Shown piece by piece: positions 27,869 through 37,736 of a stretch of 64,000 bases of DNA. The stretch lies in the IMG/VR virus record IMGVR_UViG_3300034050_000451, positions 186,001 to 250,000 of that record, one strand, 5' to 3'. The first letter of the stretch is position 1. Each line of letters starts with the position of its first letter. The translations under genes were made by a program, and so were the position numbers. The notes beneath the pieces are model-generated. The model ran no database searches. It was given only the letters and a program-made list of their open reading frames with translations, and was not told the origin of the DNA.

Positions 27869-29077
27869 TTAGAACATTGGGATTTCATCTACTAACTCTT
27901 CTTTTTGTTCGGTAAAAAGAGCTTCTGCTGATGTATCTTTAACATATTTTTGAACCAGTTGTTTCACATAAGTTCTTTCAGAATCTACACCACCATCATT
28001 AGAGAAGAATGGGAAGATTGAAATTTCAGCTGATTCGAATAAATCGAATCCATCATAAATTAATCCAGCCATTTCAACACTAGCTCTCGTCGATACCATA
28101 GCGGTAACTTTACCAGAATCACTCATCGATTGAGTTCGAGTGTGGTGAGCGATTTCAGCGATTGCTTTCAAATCATAATCATTAACCTCAGGGAACATAA
28201 ACTTTAACAATCCAAATTCCTGCTCATCATTTAGAACATCCATTTCGATAGTTACGAAACGGTCTAAGATAGCCCTATCGATTACCCTAGTCGAAGTATA
28301 TTCAGAACCTATGTTAGCGGTAGCGATAAAGGTAACACCTTCAGCCACTTTAACAATTGGTGAACCTTCAGCCTCATCCAAACGTAAGTAACGTTGTCCA
28401 CCATCTAAAACGGTCATCAAAATGTTCCAAGCATCAGGGTGAGCTCTACTCAACTCATCTAATAGAATCACAGCGTTTGGAGTTTTAATTGCTTTAACGA
28501 ATGCCGATTCAGCGAAGAAAGTTCCTTTGTTTTTATCAAAGTGAGTATTACCAATCAAAGTAGCACGAGGGTCTTGCGTTGCTCCTAAGTTGAAGTAGAA
28601 ATCAGGTCGGTCAAGTGCTTTAACCAATGCTTTAGCTGCCATTGTTTTACCACAACCAGCAGGTCCAGTCATCATAATGTTTTTAGCTCTAACAGCTGAA
28701 CGAACTAAGTATTTCCACTTTAGAGGTGTCATCACCAATTCAATTGGTTTCAAATCAATTGAACTATTGTGAATGAAATCTTTGATTGCGTTATGGTCAC
28801 CTTTATCTTCAAATTGAACACCACCATTATCGGTATTCATTGGGGAAACTAAGTTATTATAAACTTCCATTCCCACTTTTCGGAAAACCTTCTTACCATT
28901 CTTTTGAACGAATGCCTGAAGAGCCAATCCCTGCTCAAATGCATCTTTACGAGTACCGGTTCCGATACCCATTGTACCAACTTTTTGACCTTTAGTGTCA
29001 ATTAACTTAAATGAGTTACCAAAAGCTTCTACTTTGTAAACCTCATTTCCTACGAATCCAATTTTTAAATCTTTCAT
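27869..29077 (-). CDS. MoxR-family AAA+ ATPase (CbbQ/NirQ/CobS-like)
   Basis: GPAGCGKT, LLDELSR, ATAN, DRAILDRF and STR motifs. Confidence 0.92.
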   Translation of the reverse strand: MKDLKIGFVGNEVYKVEAFGNSFKLIDTKGQKVGTMGIGTGTRKDAFEQGLALQAFVQKNGKKVFRKVGMEVYNNLVSPMNTDNGGVQFEDKGDHNAIKDFIHNSSIDLKPIELVMTPLKWKYLVRSAVRAKNIMMTGPAGCGKTMAAKALVKALDRPDFYFNLGATQDPRATLIGNTHFDKNKGTFFAESAFVKAIKTPNAVILLDELSRAHPDAWNILMTVLDGGQRYLRLDEAEGSPIVKVAEGVTFIATANIGSEYTSTRVIDRAILDRFVTIEMDVLNDEQEFGLLKFMFPEVNDYDLKAIAEIAHHTRTQSMSDSGKVTAMVSTRASVEMAGLIYDGFDLFESAEISIFPFFSNDGGVDSERTYVKQLVQKYVKDTSAEALFTEQKEELVDEIPMF

Positions 29078-29087
29078 TTTTATTTAT

Positions 29088-29157
29088 TTTAGGGTTTTAA
29101 TTAATTACTCTCTCAATTACCTGTCTAATATACGAACAATTTCTGATATAAACAAGC
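29088..29157 (-). promoter_or_regulatory. early promoter plus conserved leader
   Basis: Near-identical to 31877-31943. Confidence 0.7.
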
Positions 29158-29182
29158 TTTTTGCCAATTATTTTTGCTTTTT

Positions 29183-29407
29183 TTAATAATAAAATCGACT
29201 ATAATAACCTAATGTACCAGTATCCGAATCTGCGTTGTCTATAAACCCAAATCCTTTGTAATTATTGGTATTGAATAGGATTCTTTCAATGGTGGTGGCA
29301 ATGCCAGCCTTAAATGCCACTGTAGCGAACTCATCGGTTCGTTTTAGTTGTTCATTAGCCCAATCCAACATAGTACTAACTTCAATCGTTTTTTTACTTT
29401 TAGCCAT
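29183..29407 (-). CDS. hypothetical early protein
   Basis: 74-aa ORF with its own promoter (29456-29488). Confidence 0.7.
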   Translation of the reverse strand: MAKSKKTIEVSTMLDWANEQLKRTDEFATVAFKAGIATTIERILFNTNNYKGFGFIDNADSDTGTLGYYSRFYY

Positions 29408-29529
29408 AATTTAGGGGTTTTTTAAGTGATTTAATCTATCTATCAATCTTATACTCAAATATACAAAAAAGACTTGAGATAAACAAGCCTTTTTCTAATT
29501 ATTTTCAATAAAGTTATTAACAATTTGAA

Positions 29530-31647
29530 TTATTTTGTTAAGAACAACTCATTTATTGTTTTAGTTATTTGAGCCACATTTGTTACATCGATTTTCTTAG
29601 CTCCCTTACCATACATCTTCTTAAATCCTCGAGATGGTTCGGTTGTATTTGACCACTCATCTACAAAGTAAGAAAGAGTTTTAATTCCCATTCCTTCGAT
29701 TTGTTTAACCATTTTACGAGTGTGTTCGAATGCCGGTTCACCACTATATCGGAAAGAACCACCTTCAAAGTAAGGTTCACCATCTGAGATGTTTAGGAAG
29801 TAAGAATCCATATCGTTATTAGAACCTAAGAAATTCTTCATAATTGCCTCAAAACATAATCCCTCAGGAGTAGTACCACCAGCTCTAAGTGCCGGAAACA
29901 TTTGTTTTACCTTTGAGAACTTATCAATACGAGAATCGTAAGCCATAACCACATATGGTGAATTACCATGTGTAGTTCTGAATGAAACCTGAATTGATAG
30001 GTTTTGAATCATATCAACTGCTTTACAAAGTGCAACCACATTGGTTAAGGTATTAACCCATTTAGAACCACCCATTGAACCACTAGCATCAATTGAGATA
30101 TGTAGGTTAGCTTTTTTGTAAGAATCGGTTTCCATATATTGGAACACATTTTCATTACCAAATCCTAATGATGAAATCATTCGTTTATCAATACTACCAT
30201 TCTTTTGGCGATTGAACACCGTAGAACGGTCCTCACCTCTAACCTGAAGTTTCTTTCCTAATATAGTTCCAATTCGAATTCCATTTTGAACTTCAGTCTC
30301 ATAATGCATTTTAATCAATCCAGTCTCTTCAGGTTTGTACCAATTGTTATCAGTCATTGGGAACATTTGATTTTCAAATAATGATTTGGTAAGTTTCTTA
30401 ACTACTATACAAGTTGTACCCTTTCGAGAGTTACCCCAACCATCATTAACACCAGCACCAACTGAAGTAATTTCTGAACCACTTTCCTCAATTGCGTTAA
30501 CATTATTTGCTTCAGTTCGAGTGATAGATTTTTTACGAATTTCACCTCTCATAAACTCTTTCTGCTTTTGAATTTTCTTTTTAAGGAGGTTTTTTTGGTT
30601 ATCACTAAGAGTTAATTTATTTGATTCCTTACCACCTTCAGTTGATTCAGTTGCTTCACCACGCTCAACACCTTCAGGCATTTCAATTTCCATAGAAGAA
30701 CCACCAGTTGGTTTACTATCCATATCACCCGTCATTGGAGATGAACCATCCAATGAATCCATTAAATCATCAAATTCAGAATCACTCATTTCACGTGATT
30801 CATTTGAACTACCATTACCATTTCCATTTTGATTTTGATTTTCTTCAGAATCACCCTGTCCACCAGTACCCTCACCTTCACCATCAGATAATGATGGTAA
30901 GTTATTTAGAATAATTTGAAAAACTTCCATAGCCACATTAAATGTATCTAAGGTAGATTTCAATCGGTTAATAGTACCTAAACCAATTGTTTTATAGATT
31001 TCGGTGAAACCCGGTAAAGCGTTAAGGTTTGTATTTTTGTTGTGAATGTTAATGATTCGGAACATATAAGAATCAATTGTTGATTCAGTATATTCATCTG
31101 AAGTTAATCCCTTATCAATTAATGGGTCATTAAAGTATTTATCGTACATTGAACGATAGTAATCTCTATAACCCGGAGCGGAGGTAAAAACGTAGTAATC
31201 AATTCTACGGTCCTCAACCACATTCCAAATATCTTTGATAGTTGAAATTGGATTAGTAATACCTTTTTTGATTGCCCCATCTTTAATATGAGATGGAACC
31301 AAATTGTAAATATCACCTAATGTTTTAAAATCTGAAAGTTTAATGTGAGAACCTTCGTGCAATGCTAATCCAACAGCCACATCAAAATCCTTAGGGTCTA
31401 CGATTTGTGAACCAATTACCACAGTCTTACCATCGGTATAGGAATCACCACGTGTACTAAATTTAACAGGAATTGAATCGTTGGTAACGATATTAACGAA
31501 GTTGGAGATAGCTCGTTTAGAAGCGGCTAATTTGTAAAGGTCATGTGATTTACGTTCCACATCATTCATTTGATTAACAATGATGTCATCATCTTCCCAG
31601 TCCTTTAACCAATAAGAAGAATTTCCGTACTTTTTAAATTTACTCAT
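29530..31647 (-). CDS. vWA-domain protein with N-terminal HExxH domain (CobT-like MoxR partner)
   Basis: LHEGSH, NVVEDRRI, acidic linker, IDASGSM MIDAS, GTTPE and ISDG. Confidence 0.88.
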   Translation of the reverse strand: MSKFKKYGNSSYWLKDWEDDDIIVNQMNDVERKSHDLYKLAASKRAISNFVNIVTNDSIPVKFSTRGDSYTDGKTVVIGSQIVDPKDFDVAVGLALHEGSHIKLSDFKTLGDIYNLVPSHIKDGAIKKGITNPISTIKDIWNVVEDRRIDYYVFTSAPGYRDYYRSMYDKYFNDPLIDKGLTSDEYTESTIDSYMFRIINIHNKNTNLNALPGFTEIYKTIGLGTINRLKSTLDTFNVAMEVFQIILNNLPSLSDGEGEGTGGQGDSEENQNQNGNGNGSSNESREMSDSEFDDLMDSLDGSSPMTGDMDSKPTGGSSMEIEMPEGVERGEATESTEGGKESNKLTLSDNQKNLLKKKIQKQKEFMRGEIRKKSITRTEANNVNAIEESGSEITSVGAGVNDGWGNSRKGTTCIVVKKLTKSLFENQMFPMTDNNWYKPEETGLIKMHYETEVQNGIRIGTILGKKLQVRGEDRSTVFNRQKNGSIDKRMISSLGFGNENVFQYMETDSYKKANLHISIDASGSMGGSKWVNTLTNVVALCKAVDMIQNLSIQVSFRTTHGNSPYVVMAYDSRIDKFSKVKQMFPALRAGGTTPEGLCFEAIMKNFLGSNNDMDSYFLNISDGEPYFEGGSFRYSGEPAFEHTRKMVKQIEGMGIKTLSYFVDEWSNTTEPSRGFKKMYGKGAKKIDVTNVAQITKTINELFLTK

Positions 31648-31649
31648 AT

Positions 31650-31720
31650 TTTTAGGGTTTTAATTAATTTATCTCTTAATCTTATACTCAAATATACGAC
31701 AAATACCTGAGATATCCAAA
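31650..31720 (-). promoter_or_regulatory. early promoter plus conserved leader
   Basis: TTTGG...GTCGTATATTTG followed by AAGAGAT...AAACCCTAAAA. Confidence 0.7.
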
Positions 31721-31731
31721 TAAAATTGAAG

Positions 31732-31872
31732 TTATTTTTGATAAAATTTATCAATCTCTAATTTGGCTTGTTTTAGTGTCTTTTTAGCTTTGGTTTTTTT
31801 ACCACTAAAAAGTAGTTCCATCGACTCGATTAACAATCGTCTGTGGGTTGGAAGGGTGTTTTTTGGTTTCAT
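31732..31872 (-). CDS. small basic early protein (46 aa, missing from ORF track)
   Basis: MKPKNTLPTHRRLLIESM...; follows a promoter-leader block. Confidence 0.6.
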   Translation of the reverse strand: MKPKNTLPTHRRLLIESMELLFSGKKTKAKKTLKQAKLEIDKFYQK

Positions 31873-31970
31873 ATATTAGGGGTTTGATTAATTACTCTCT
31901 CAATTACCTGTCTAATATACGAATAATATTTGATATAAACAAGGGTTTTCTTAAAAATCTTACGATTTTC

Positions 31971-32129
31971 TTAAAAATCTTCCTCAAATGTAGATGGAAA
32001 ATCTGAATCTAAGTCTGCTAATAGAAATAATAACTCTTTTCTAGCATCCTCTACCTGTTTCCACTCTTCATATGATATTGCCTCCTCTAAACCATCAATA
32101 ATATCTTGAATTCTTTCACTTATATCCAT
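31971..32129 (-). CDS. small acidic protein (52 aa, missing from ORF track)
   Basis: MDISERIQDIIDGLEEAIS... Confidence 0.6.
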   Translation of the reverse strand: MDISERIQDIIDGLEEAISYEEWKQVEDARKELLFLLADLDSDFPSTFEEDF

Positions 32130-32176
32130 AATAATGTTTTTATTTATATGGGTTTAAATATAAGATATTTGAAAAA

Positions 32177-32863
32177 TTAGTGATTTGCAACTTTTGAGTA
32201 GATATATGGACCTGTTTTTGGCCCCCATATTTGAGTTCCAGAATCATCCCAACCCCTCTCCCAACTAATAACTTCGTGTTGGTATATTACAAACTCAGTT
32301 GTAGTGTAGGTTGCTCCCTTAAATGAGCCTTTACAATCCGATTCATTGGTACTACCTCTAAATGCCCCTAAGTTATCTTTGTATATCTTTATATCACACC
32401 CCACTTTATATGGTAGGTCATAGATGGCAAGTGCCTTTAGTTTGTTGGTATCAACTTTAAATGTTATATCATCTAAATTAAACTTACCAGACGCAACTTT
32501 GGTATCAGTTAGTACATTCCAAAAATCAACTTCATTTGGTATTGAGAATATGTTTAAACCAATGTAATAATCATCAATTTGGTATATTGCGTATATACGT
32601 TGTCTATATGGATAGTACTTACCCTCAATTAGTTCACCTTGCTGAGTATAGATTAGAGTCGCTTCATCATGTGTATCATACTCTACAGTCCTTACTAATA
32701 CATCACCTCTGGTGGTATCAATGGTTGAATGGTATTTAGTTGAAAACCTACCTGTAATTGAATGTATGTACTTATCAAAATCAAGTGAGTCCAATTTGGT
32801 TTGAGAATATCCAAATATTGGTAGTAATACTACGGAAATGGTTATAAAAATAAACTTTTTCAT
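32177..32863 (-). CDS. CpcT/CpeT-family bilin chromophore lyase with signal peptide
   Basis: PYRQRIY, GC, FRGST...C, GATY and SWERGWD..G.QIWG...GPY motifs. Confidence 0.85.
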   Translation of the reverse strand: MKKFIFITISVVLLPIFGYSQTKLDSLDFDKYIHSITGRFSTKYHSTIDTTRGDVLVRTVEYDTHDEATLIYTQQGELIEGKYYPYRQRIYAIYQIDDYYIGLNIFSIPNEVDFWNVLTDTKVASGKFNLDDITFKVDTNKLKALAIYDLPYKVGCDIKIYKDNLGAFRGSTNESDCKGSFKGATYTTTEFVIYQHEVISWERGWDDSGTQIWGPKTGPYIYSKVANH

Positions 32864-34353
32864 ATTTTGAATTTTTCTTTAATATTTGCTTTGTAGAATA
32901 AATCTTTTTGTGGTTCCAGTTCCATAAAATCCGATTGTAAAATCTCTTCATTTATATCAACACCATTACAATATACTTCATCCTCAGTTCCTCTGGATGT
33001 TCTTGTGATTGTTATGTTATTAACCATAAATCTAATTGGAACGTTTATTTTGTTCATATGAATATGCAACATATGCTCATGTGGAACCAAATAATACCCT
33101 TCAGTTAAATAATTCATTATGAAAAAATAGCACGTTGAATAATAATCCATCATCTTTGGTGAACCATATGCAAATAGGTCCGATATACCCTCCGATTTAT
33201 CGTGATTATTTAACCTAACCCTACCATGTGGTAAATTTAACATATCATTAATGGATATATCTAAATTATCATCAAAATAAGTATCAGTTCTAGCTCTTAT
33301 TACAATATCATAATCAATACCCAAATCCTTTGTTAATAAATTTGCTCTCCAAATTTTGTACCACATACTCATTGTACCAAAGTTCACACAGGAATCTCTT
33401 AAAAAATACAATAATGAAGTTGGTGGTTCAATACCAATTCTTAGAATAGATAAGGTAGATTCATTAAATGAATTATAATTTTCAACCTCCACCTTCTTAA
33501 CATTGTATATCCTATGAAAGTTTTCAATAGTATCACCACATTCAGTATTATAAGTGTCCCAGAATGAACCATATACATCAATGTCATACTTCTTAATCAA
33601 TTCACCCCAATACTCCTTAGTTCTATCTAAATCTCTTATTTCACCAGAGAAACACAATGCTATCTTTGGCTTATGTAAACTGTTAGTTTGTTTTTTTGTG
33701 TTCATTTCTGATTTATTAAATGAATATCCGAAATAATCCAAGTCAGATTTCCATAATTTTGTTAATCTCTCAATTTGGTCATCTCTATATGTTATAACGT
33801 TATCAACCTTTGGTTGTGTGAATTCAAGCGATATTGGTAAATTTATTGTTTCTGAGAATTTAGCTAAATCCTCATTAATATATTCACTCCTTATTATAAT
33901 ACTATTATCATCAAATAACCAATTACCATTGATATCCTTTAATTGTGAAAACATTGAGTTACGAAATGCGGGTGCATGAAATACAATAGATTTATTTAGA
34001 TAGATATCCACAAATTTTTGGAAATCATCAACTGAATTTATATCAGCTAGATTATAATGAGTCTTTAGATTAGCCCAGTTTTCTTTATAATAATCTACCA
34101 AAATATTAAATGGATTTCTAATAGTTGTAATAAATACATCATTTGGACTTAACTTAAATGTAGCTACATCTCTAAATATATTAGGTGTTTGTTGTGGGTA
34201 ATCCCAATCTTGCCAACCTTTTATTTTAGTAGGATAGTTCCAACTATGTCCTGCTGAATGTATTTTGTATTCATTGGCTCTTTTGCCATGAAATAAATTT
34301 TCAAATAACCCAAAATCGGATGCTGGTATTTTTATGTAAACGTAATTTATCAT
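32860..34353 (-). CDS. sulfotransferase-like domain fused to putative glycosyltransferase
   Basis: N-terminal IRNP and DLDYFGYSF; C-terminal KIALCFSG...YDIVIRARTD. Confidence 0.6.
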   Translation of the reverse strand: MINYVYIKIPASDFGLFENLFHGKRANEYKIHSAGHSWNYPTKIKGWQDWDYPQQTPNIFRDVATFKLSPNDVFITTIRNPFNILVDYYKENWANLKTHYNLADINSVDDFQKFVDIYLNKSIVFHAPAFRNSMFSQLKDINGNWLFDDNSIIIRSEYINEDLAKFSETINLPISLEFTQPKVDNVITYRDDQIERLTKLWKSDLDYFGYSFNKSEMNTKKQTNSLHKPKIALCFSGEIRDLDRTKEYWGELIKKYDIDVYGSFWDTYNTECGDTIENFHRIYNVKKVEVENYNSFNESTLSILRIGIEPPTSLLYFLRDSCVNFGTMSMWYKIWRANLLTKDLGIDYDIVIRARTDTYFDDNLDISINDMLNLPHGRVRLNNHDKSEGISDLFAYGSPKMMDYYSTCYFFIMNYLTEGYYLVPHEHMLHIHMNKINVPIRFMVNNITITRTSRGTEDEVYCNGVDINEEILQSDFMELEPQKDLFYKANIKEKFKI

Positions 34354-34670
34354 AGTAAATATTTATCACCCTCTACACAAGGGAATTTAATAACTGTTGT
34401 TGTTGTATTATCTAAAACTTTAAAATCAGTAGATTCACCGGGTTCGATTGTAATTACATCACCCTTTGTATAAACAGTACCATTCATACGAACCAATCCT
34501 TGTGTTATAATTGTTATTTCAGTTGCAACTTTGTGATAATGGGCTACTTCATAATCCCCTGTTTTATATTCCTTAACAGCTACCTCAAAATCGTTCGTTT
34601 TGAAAAGAGATGGGTTGAAGTTTCCAACTACCCATCCTTTAAAAAAATCATTTAATTTATCTACTTTCAT
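34350..34670 (-). CDS. cupin-fold protein of polysaccharide loci
   Basis: KGWVVGNF.P, HYHKVATEIT and GDVITIEPGE motifs. Confidence 0.8.
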   Translation of the reverse strand: MKVDKLNDFFKGWVVGNFNPSLFKTNDFEVAVKEYKTGDYEVAHYHKVATEITIITQGLVRMNGTVYTKGDVITIEPGESTDFKVLDNTTTTVIKFPCVEGDKYLL

Positions 34671-35056
34671 TATAAATAATCTTGCATTAATAAGTTAGCA
34701 ACTATATAGTTTGTAGATGCCATTGGAATTGAATCCAAATTAGAAATATCAAACCAAGTTACATCAATATGTTCTTTTGCTTTTGCTCCACTACCATCAT
34801 TATCATCTTTGGTAAGTTCTACATTATAGAACCAAACATCATATGGATGTTCTTGTACGCTGGTATAAAATTCACCAACTTTAACAATTGCATCTAATTC
34901 CTCTATCCACTCCCTTTCAAGAGCTTGTTTATCAATTTCACCAACTTCCACCTTTCCACCAGGAAATTCCCAATGCCCATCAGGTTTCAATCCTAATAAC
35001 ACATATGGTGTGTTATCAATATACTTAATACAAATCCCCGCTACTACTTTTTTCAT
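34670..35056 (-). CDS. Nudix hydrolase (MutT-like)
   Basis: WEFPGGKVEVGE...ALEREWIEEL Nudix box. Confidence 0.9.
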   Translation of the reverse strand: MKKVVAGICIKYIDNTPYVLLGLKPDGHWEFPGGKVEVGEIDKQALEREWIEELDAIVKVGEFYTSVQEHPYDVWFYNVELTKDDNDGSGAKAKEHIDVTWFDISNLDSIPMASTNYIVANLLMQDYL

Positions 35057-35495
35057 CTTTGTAATTTTTTATATAATCCGAACAAACTCCTTTACATTCT
35101 GAAATATCATCATTATGAATTTCAGGCATTACTGCAATACTATTTTTAACAGGTTGTTTTCCTGGATACACCCACATATAACCATGTGATGTTAATGTCA
35201 TTGTATCTTCTTCATGCCAAAAGTAATTGAATCCACCAATCATATTAAACCACTCTATTGCTTCTACATTTTTACAATGTATCCACAACTTAGAATGTCT
35301 TTCGTTTAACCAGTGTTGTGAGATTCCATATTGTGGTTCATCATGTCCTAATAAAAGAACACCTTCTATCATCCACACATCAATTTCAACATCATATCCA
35401 GCATTAAGTGCTTCATCTATATAATCAGGTCTATTTTCAACATCCGTTAATTTACCTTCTAAATTTCCCCTATGTGATATTAGTATCATTTCCAT
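35025..35495 (-). CDS. GDPD/PI-PLC-like phosphodiesterase
   Basis: ISHRGN, EN, GYDVEIDVW, LGHD, WIHCKN and CSD motifs. Confidence 0.8.
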   Translation of the reverse strand: MEMILISHRGNLEGKLTDVENRPDYIDEALNAGYDVEIDVWMIEGVLLLGHDEPQYGISQHWLNERHSKLWIHCKNVEAIEWFNMIGGFNYFWHEEDTMTLTSHGYMWVYPGKQPVKNSIAVMPEIHNDDISECKGVCSDYIKNYKDEKSSSGDLY

Positions 35496-36235
35496 TTGTT
35501 ATAAGGCAATATTTCATCAAATAATTCATTTATATTTTCTATACTTTCATTATTATGTGGTGAAAAATCACTATACCAATGCGTTTTAAATATATTTGCA
35601 ATTACTTTATATGGTTTTAATTTATCCAATTTTAATATATCAAAATTTTCAAACATTATTTCTGCTGGGGTTTCATTTACCAAATCAGTTTTATACTTAG
35701 CCATTAAAAATGAACGAGTTAGATGGATTTCAGGTTCCCAATATTTATGTTTAACCCCATCCTTTACATGAAATATCAATTCATTATCAAATGCATACTT
35801 AGCTGCACTATACATAAATTTAAGAGATTCGATTGTACCACCAATGATGTGGTCTGATATATGATATTTGAAATGTAATGGGTGTCTAAAAAATATAGGT
35901 GCTGACCATATCTTTGATGGGTTACTTTTTATAGATTCACTAATGGTATTTATATTTGAAAAATACTCATCTCCTCTAAATTTTATTACATATTTAGTTT
36001 TAACATTACTAAGTCCATTTAACGTAGATATGAATTGATAGTTCATATTCTGGTCACCTGATTTTTCAGGTAAATGAGATTGAACTATTGTTAAATTATT
36101 AGGAAAATAAGAAAGGTCTAATTGATGATTAGACCAAGTTGAAATTACAATTGGATATTGAGGATAGGCCTCAACATAGAAATTATAGGTTTCTTGGGTA
36201 ATTTTACCCTGAATTAAAATTGTAACATCTTCCAT
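35486..36235 (-). CDS. WavE-like lipopolysaccharide synthesis protein
   Basis: ILIQG, IVISTW, NMNYQFISTLNGL, KFRGD, SD and PE motifs. Confidence 0.75.
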   Translation of the reverse strand: MEDVTILIQGKITQETYNFYVEAYPQYPIVISTWSNHQLDLSYFPNNLTIVQSHLPEKSGDQNMNYQFISTLNGLSNVKTKYVIKFRGDEYFSNINTISESIKSNPSKIWSAPIFFRHPLHFKYHISDHIIGGTIESLKFMYSAAKYAFDNELIFHVKDGVKHKYWEPEIHLTRSFLMAKYKTDLVNETPAEIMFENFDILKLDKLKPYKVIANIFKTHWYSDFSPHNNESIENINELFDEILPYNKWK

Positions 36236-36416
36236 TAAACAAGTATAACCTAATGATTAGTAATCATCTGAGAATCTATCCTTACGATACTTCTCTTTTC
36301 TTTTATATTCAGTTTTTTTCTTATTTGCGAGTTTCTTTTTCATTCCATCAAACTCATTATCCCAATGGTTTGAAGAAAGTGAATTATTCTGCTTCATAAT
36401 AAACTAATACTTAAAT

Positions 36417-36698
36417 TTATTTTTGTGAATCAAATTTATTGACTTGTGAATCAATCAACTTAGCTAAAGTGTTTTGCAACTTTTCTAATTTTTGGATTTC
36501 ATTAAAATAGTATGAACTATCTTTATGTACCAATTGATTAATTTTATCTTCAATTCTATCCAAATCCTTTTGGCAATTTACTTTAGCCAATTTTAGTTCA
36601 TATTTCAATTCATTAGTTTGATACATCATTCTAATGATTACAAAAATCCCTAATATGAATATAATTGCGATTATACTAAAAATCAATAAATAATCCAT
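36417..36698 (-). CDS. single-TM coiled-coil protein
   Basis: N-terminal TM segment. Confidence 0.65.
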   Translation of the reverse strand: MDYLLIFSIIAIIFILGIFVIIRMMYQTNELKYELKLAKVNCQKDLDRIEDKINQLVHKDSSYYFNEIQKLEKLQNTLAKLIDSQVNKFDSQK

Positions 36699-36998
36699 TT
36701 ATTTTTTTGTAGATGGTTTTCTTTTTCCTTTAGAAGTTCCTTTAACTGCATCAATTACATCTTTAGATTCTTTAGCAACTTTCTTAACCGCTGCAACAAC
36801 TTCTTTAGATTCTTTAGCAATATTATTAGCTCTAACCTTAACTTGCTTAGTTACTTCTTTAACTTTAGCTGCTGTATCTTCAATTGAGTCTGGAATTAAA
36901 TCTCCATCCTTATCTTCTATTTTACCTGTCTTTTGTAAATAGATTACGATACCAATAGCTACAGCTAATACTCCAATAATAATTAAAATTGTGTTCAT
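36699..36998 (-). CDS. membrane-anchored protein with DxDGDxIPD motif
   Basis: TM, DKDGDLIPD and a Lys/Ala helix. Confidence 0.7.
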   Translation of the reverse strand: MNTILIIIGVLAVAIGIVIYLQKTGKIEDKDGDLIPDSIEDTAAKVKEVTKQVKVRANNIAKESKEVVAAVKKVAKESKDVIDAVKGTSKGKRKPSTKK

Positions 36999-37178
36999 TC
37001 TTTTTTTTTTTAAATTAATTTACTTTGATATAAATATTATCAAAATTAGATAAACATATGAAAATCATCATCAACTGAATCCGAAACCATATCTTTGTTT
37101 ATTACATGTAGTTTCTTATCTGATAAGATGGTTACAAATGTTATTGCTAATCCTAATAATAATCTTTTAAAATAGGTT

Positions 37179-37442
37179 CTAATACTCTCCATACAATGAA
37201 TACTTTTTATCGGGTTGTGGTTCTATTACTTTTTGTTCTTTTTCAATCACGTAAGTGAAACCATCCTTAGCATCCATGTAAAATTGTGTATTGCCTCTTT
37301 TCTGATAAACATACTCTAATAAATCGGTCAACGATTCAAGTATGACTGAAGTGTTGTCTAAGGGAGTCCACCTGTCTCCAGGTGCTACTCTCTTAGCAAC
37401 TTTTATTTTCACCTCTTCGGTAATAACTTCAGGTTCTTTCAT
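37179..37442 (-). CDS. hypothetical protein
   Basis: 87-aa ORF. Confidence 0.7.
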   Translation of the reverse strand: MKEPEVITEEVKIKVAKRVAPGDRWTPLDNTSVILESLTDLLEYVYQKRGNTQFYMDAKDGFTYVIEKEQKVIEPQPDKKYSLYGEY

Positions 37443-37654
37443 TATTCAATAACTCTGATAATTCTGCTTTCTCTTGCTCCACTTACTTTGTAGTCTACAA
37501 CCACACCCGCATCCATAAAGTCTTTTACAACTCTTGCTTCAGCTTCTGTTACCGATTGTGCATCTACTAAATAAATTTCTTTGTTCTTCTTGTCTTTACC
37601 ATTCTTAAGAGTGGCAACTACAACTTCTACTGTAACTTCAAAATACTTGTTCAT
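37442..37654 (-). CDS. DUF4494-like protein (Bacteroidota-associated)
   Basis: YFEV...KKNKEIYLVDAQSVTEAEARV. Confidence 0.75.
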   Translation of the reverse strand: MNKYFEVTVEVVVATLKNGKDKKNKEIYLVDAQSVTEAEARVVKDFMDAGVVVDYKVSGARESRIIRVIE

Positions 37655-37736
37655 AATTTGTGTTTTATATTTATATATATTGTTTATTTATGTAAAGATA
37701 CGAAAAAAATCTGAATTTACCAAACTTTTTTTAAAA

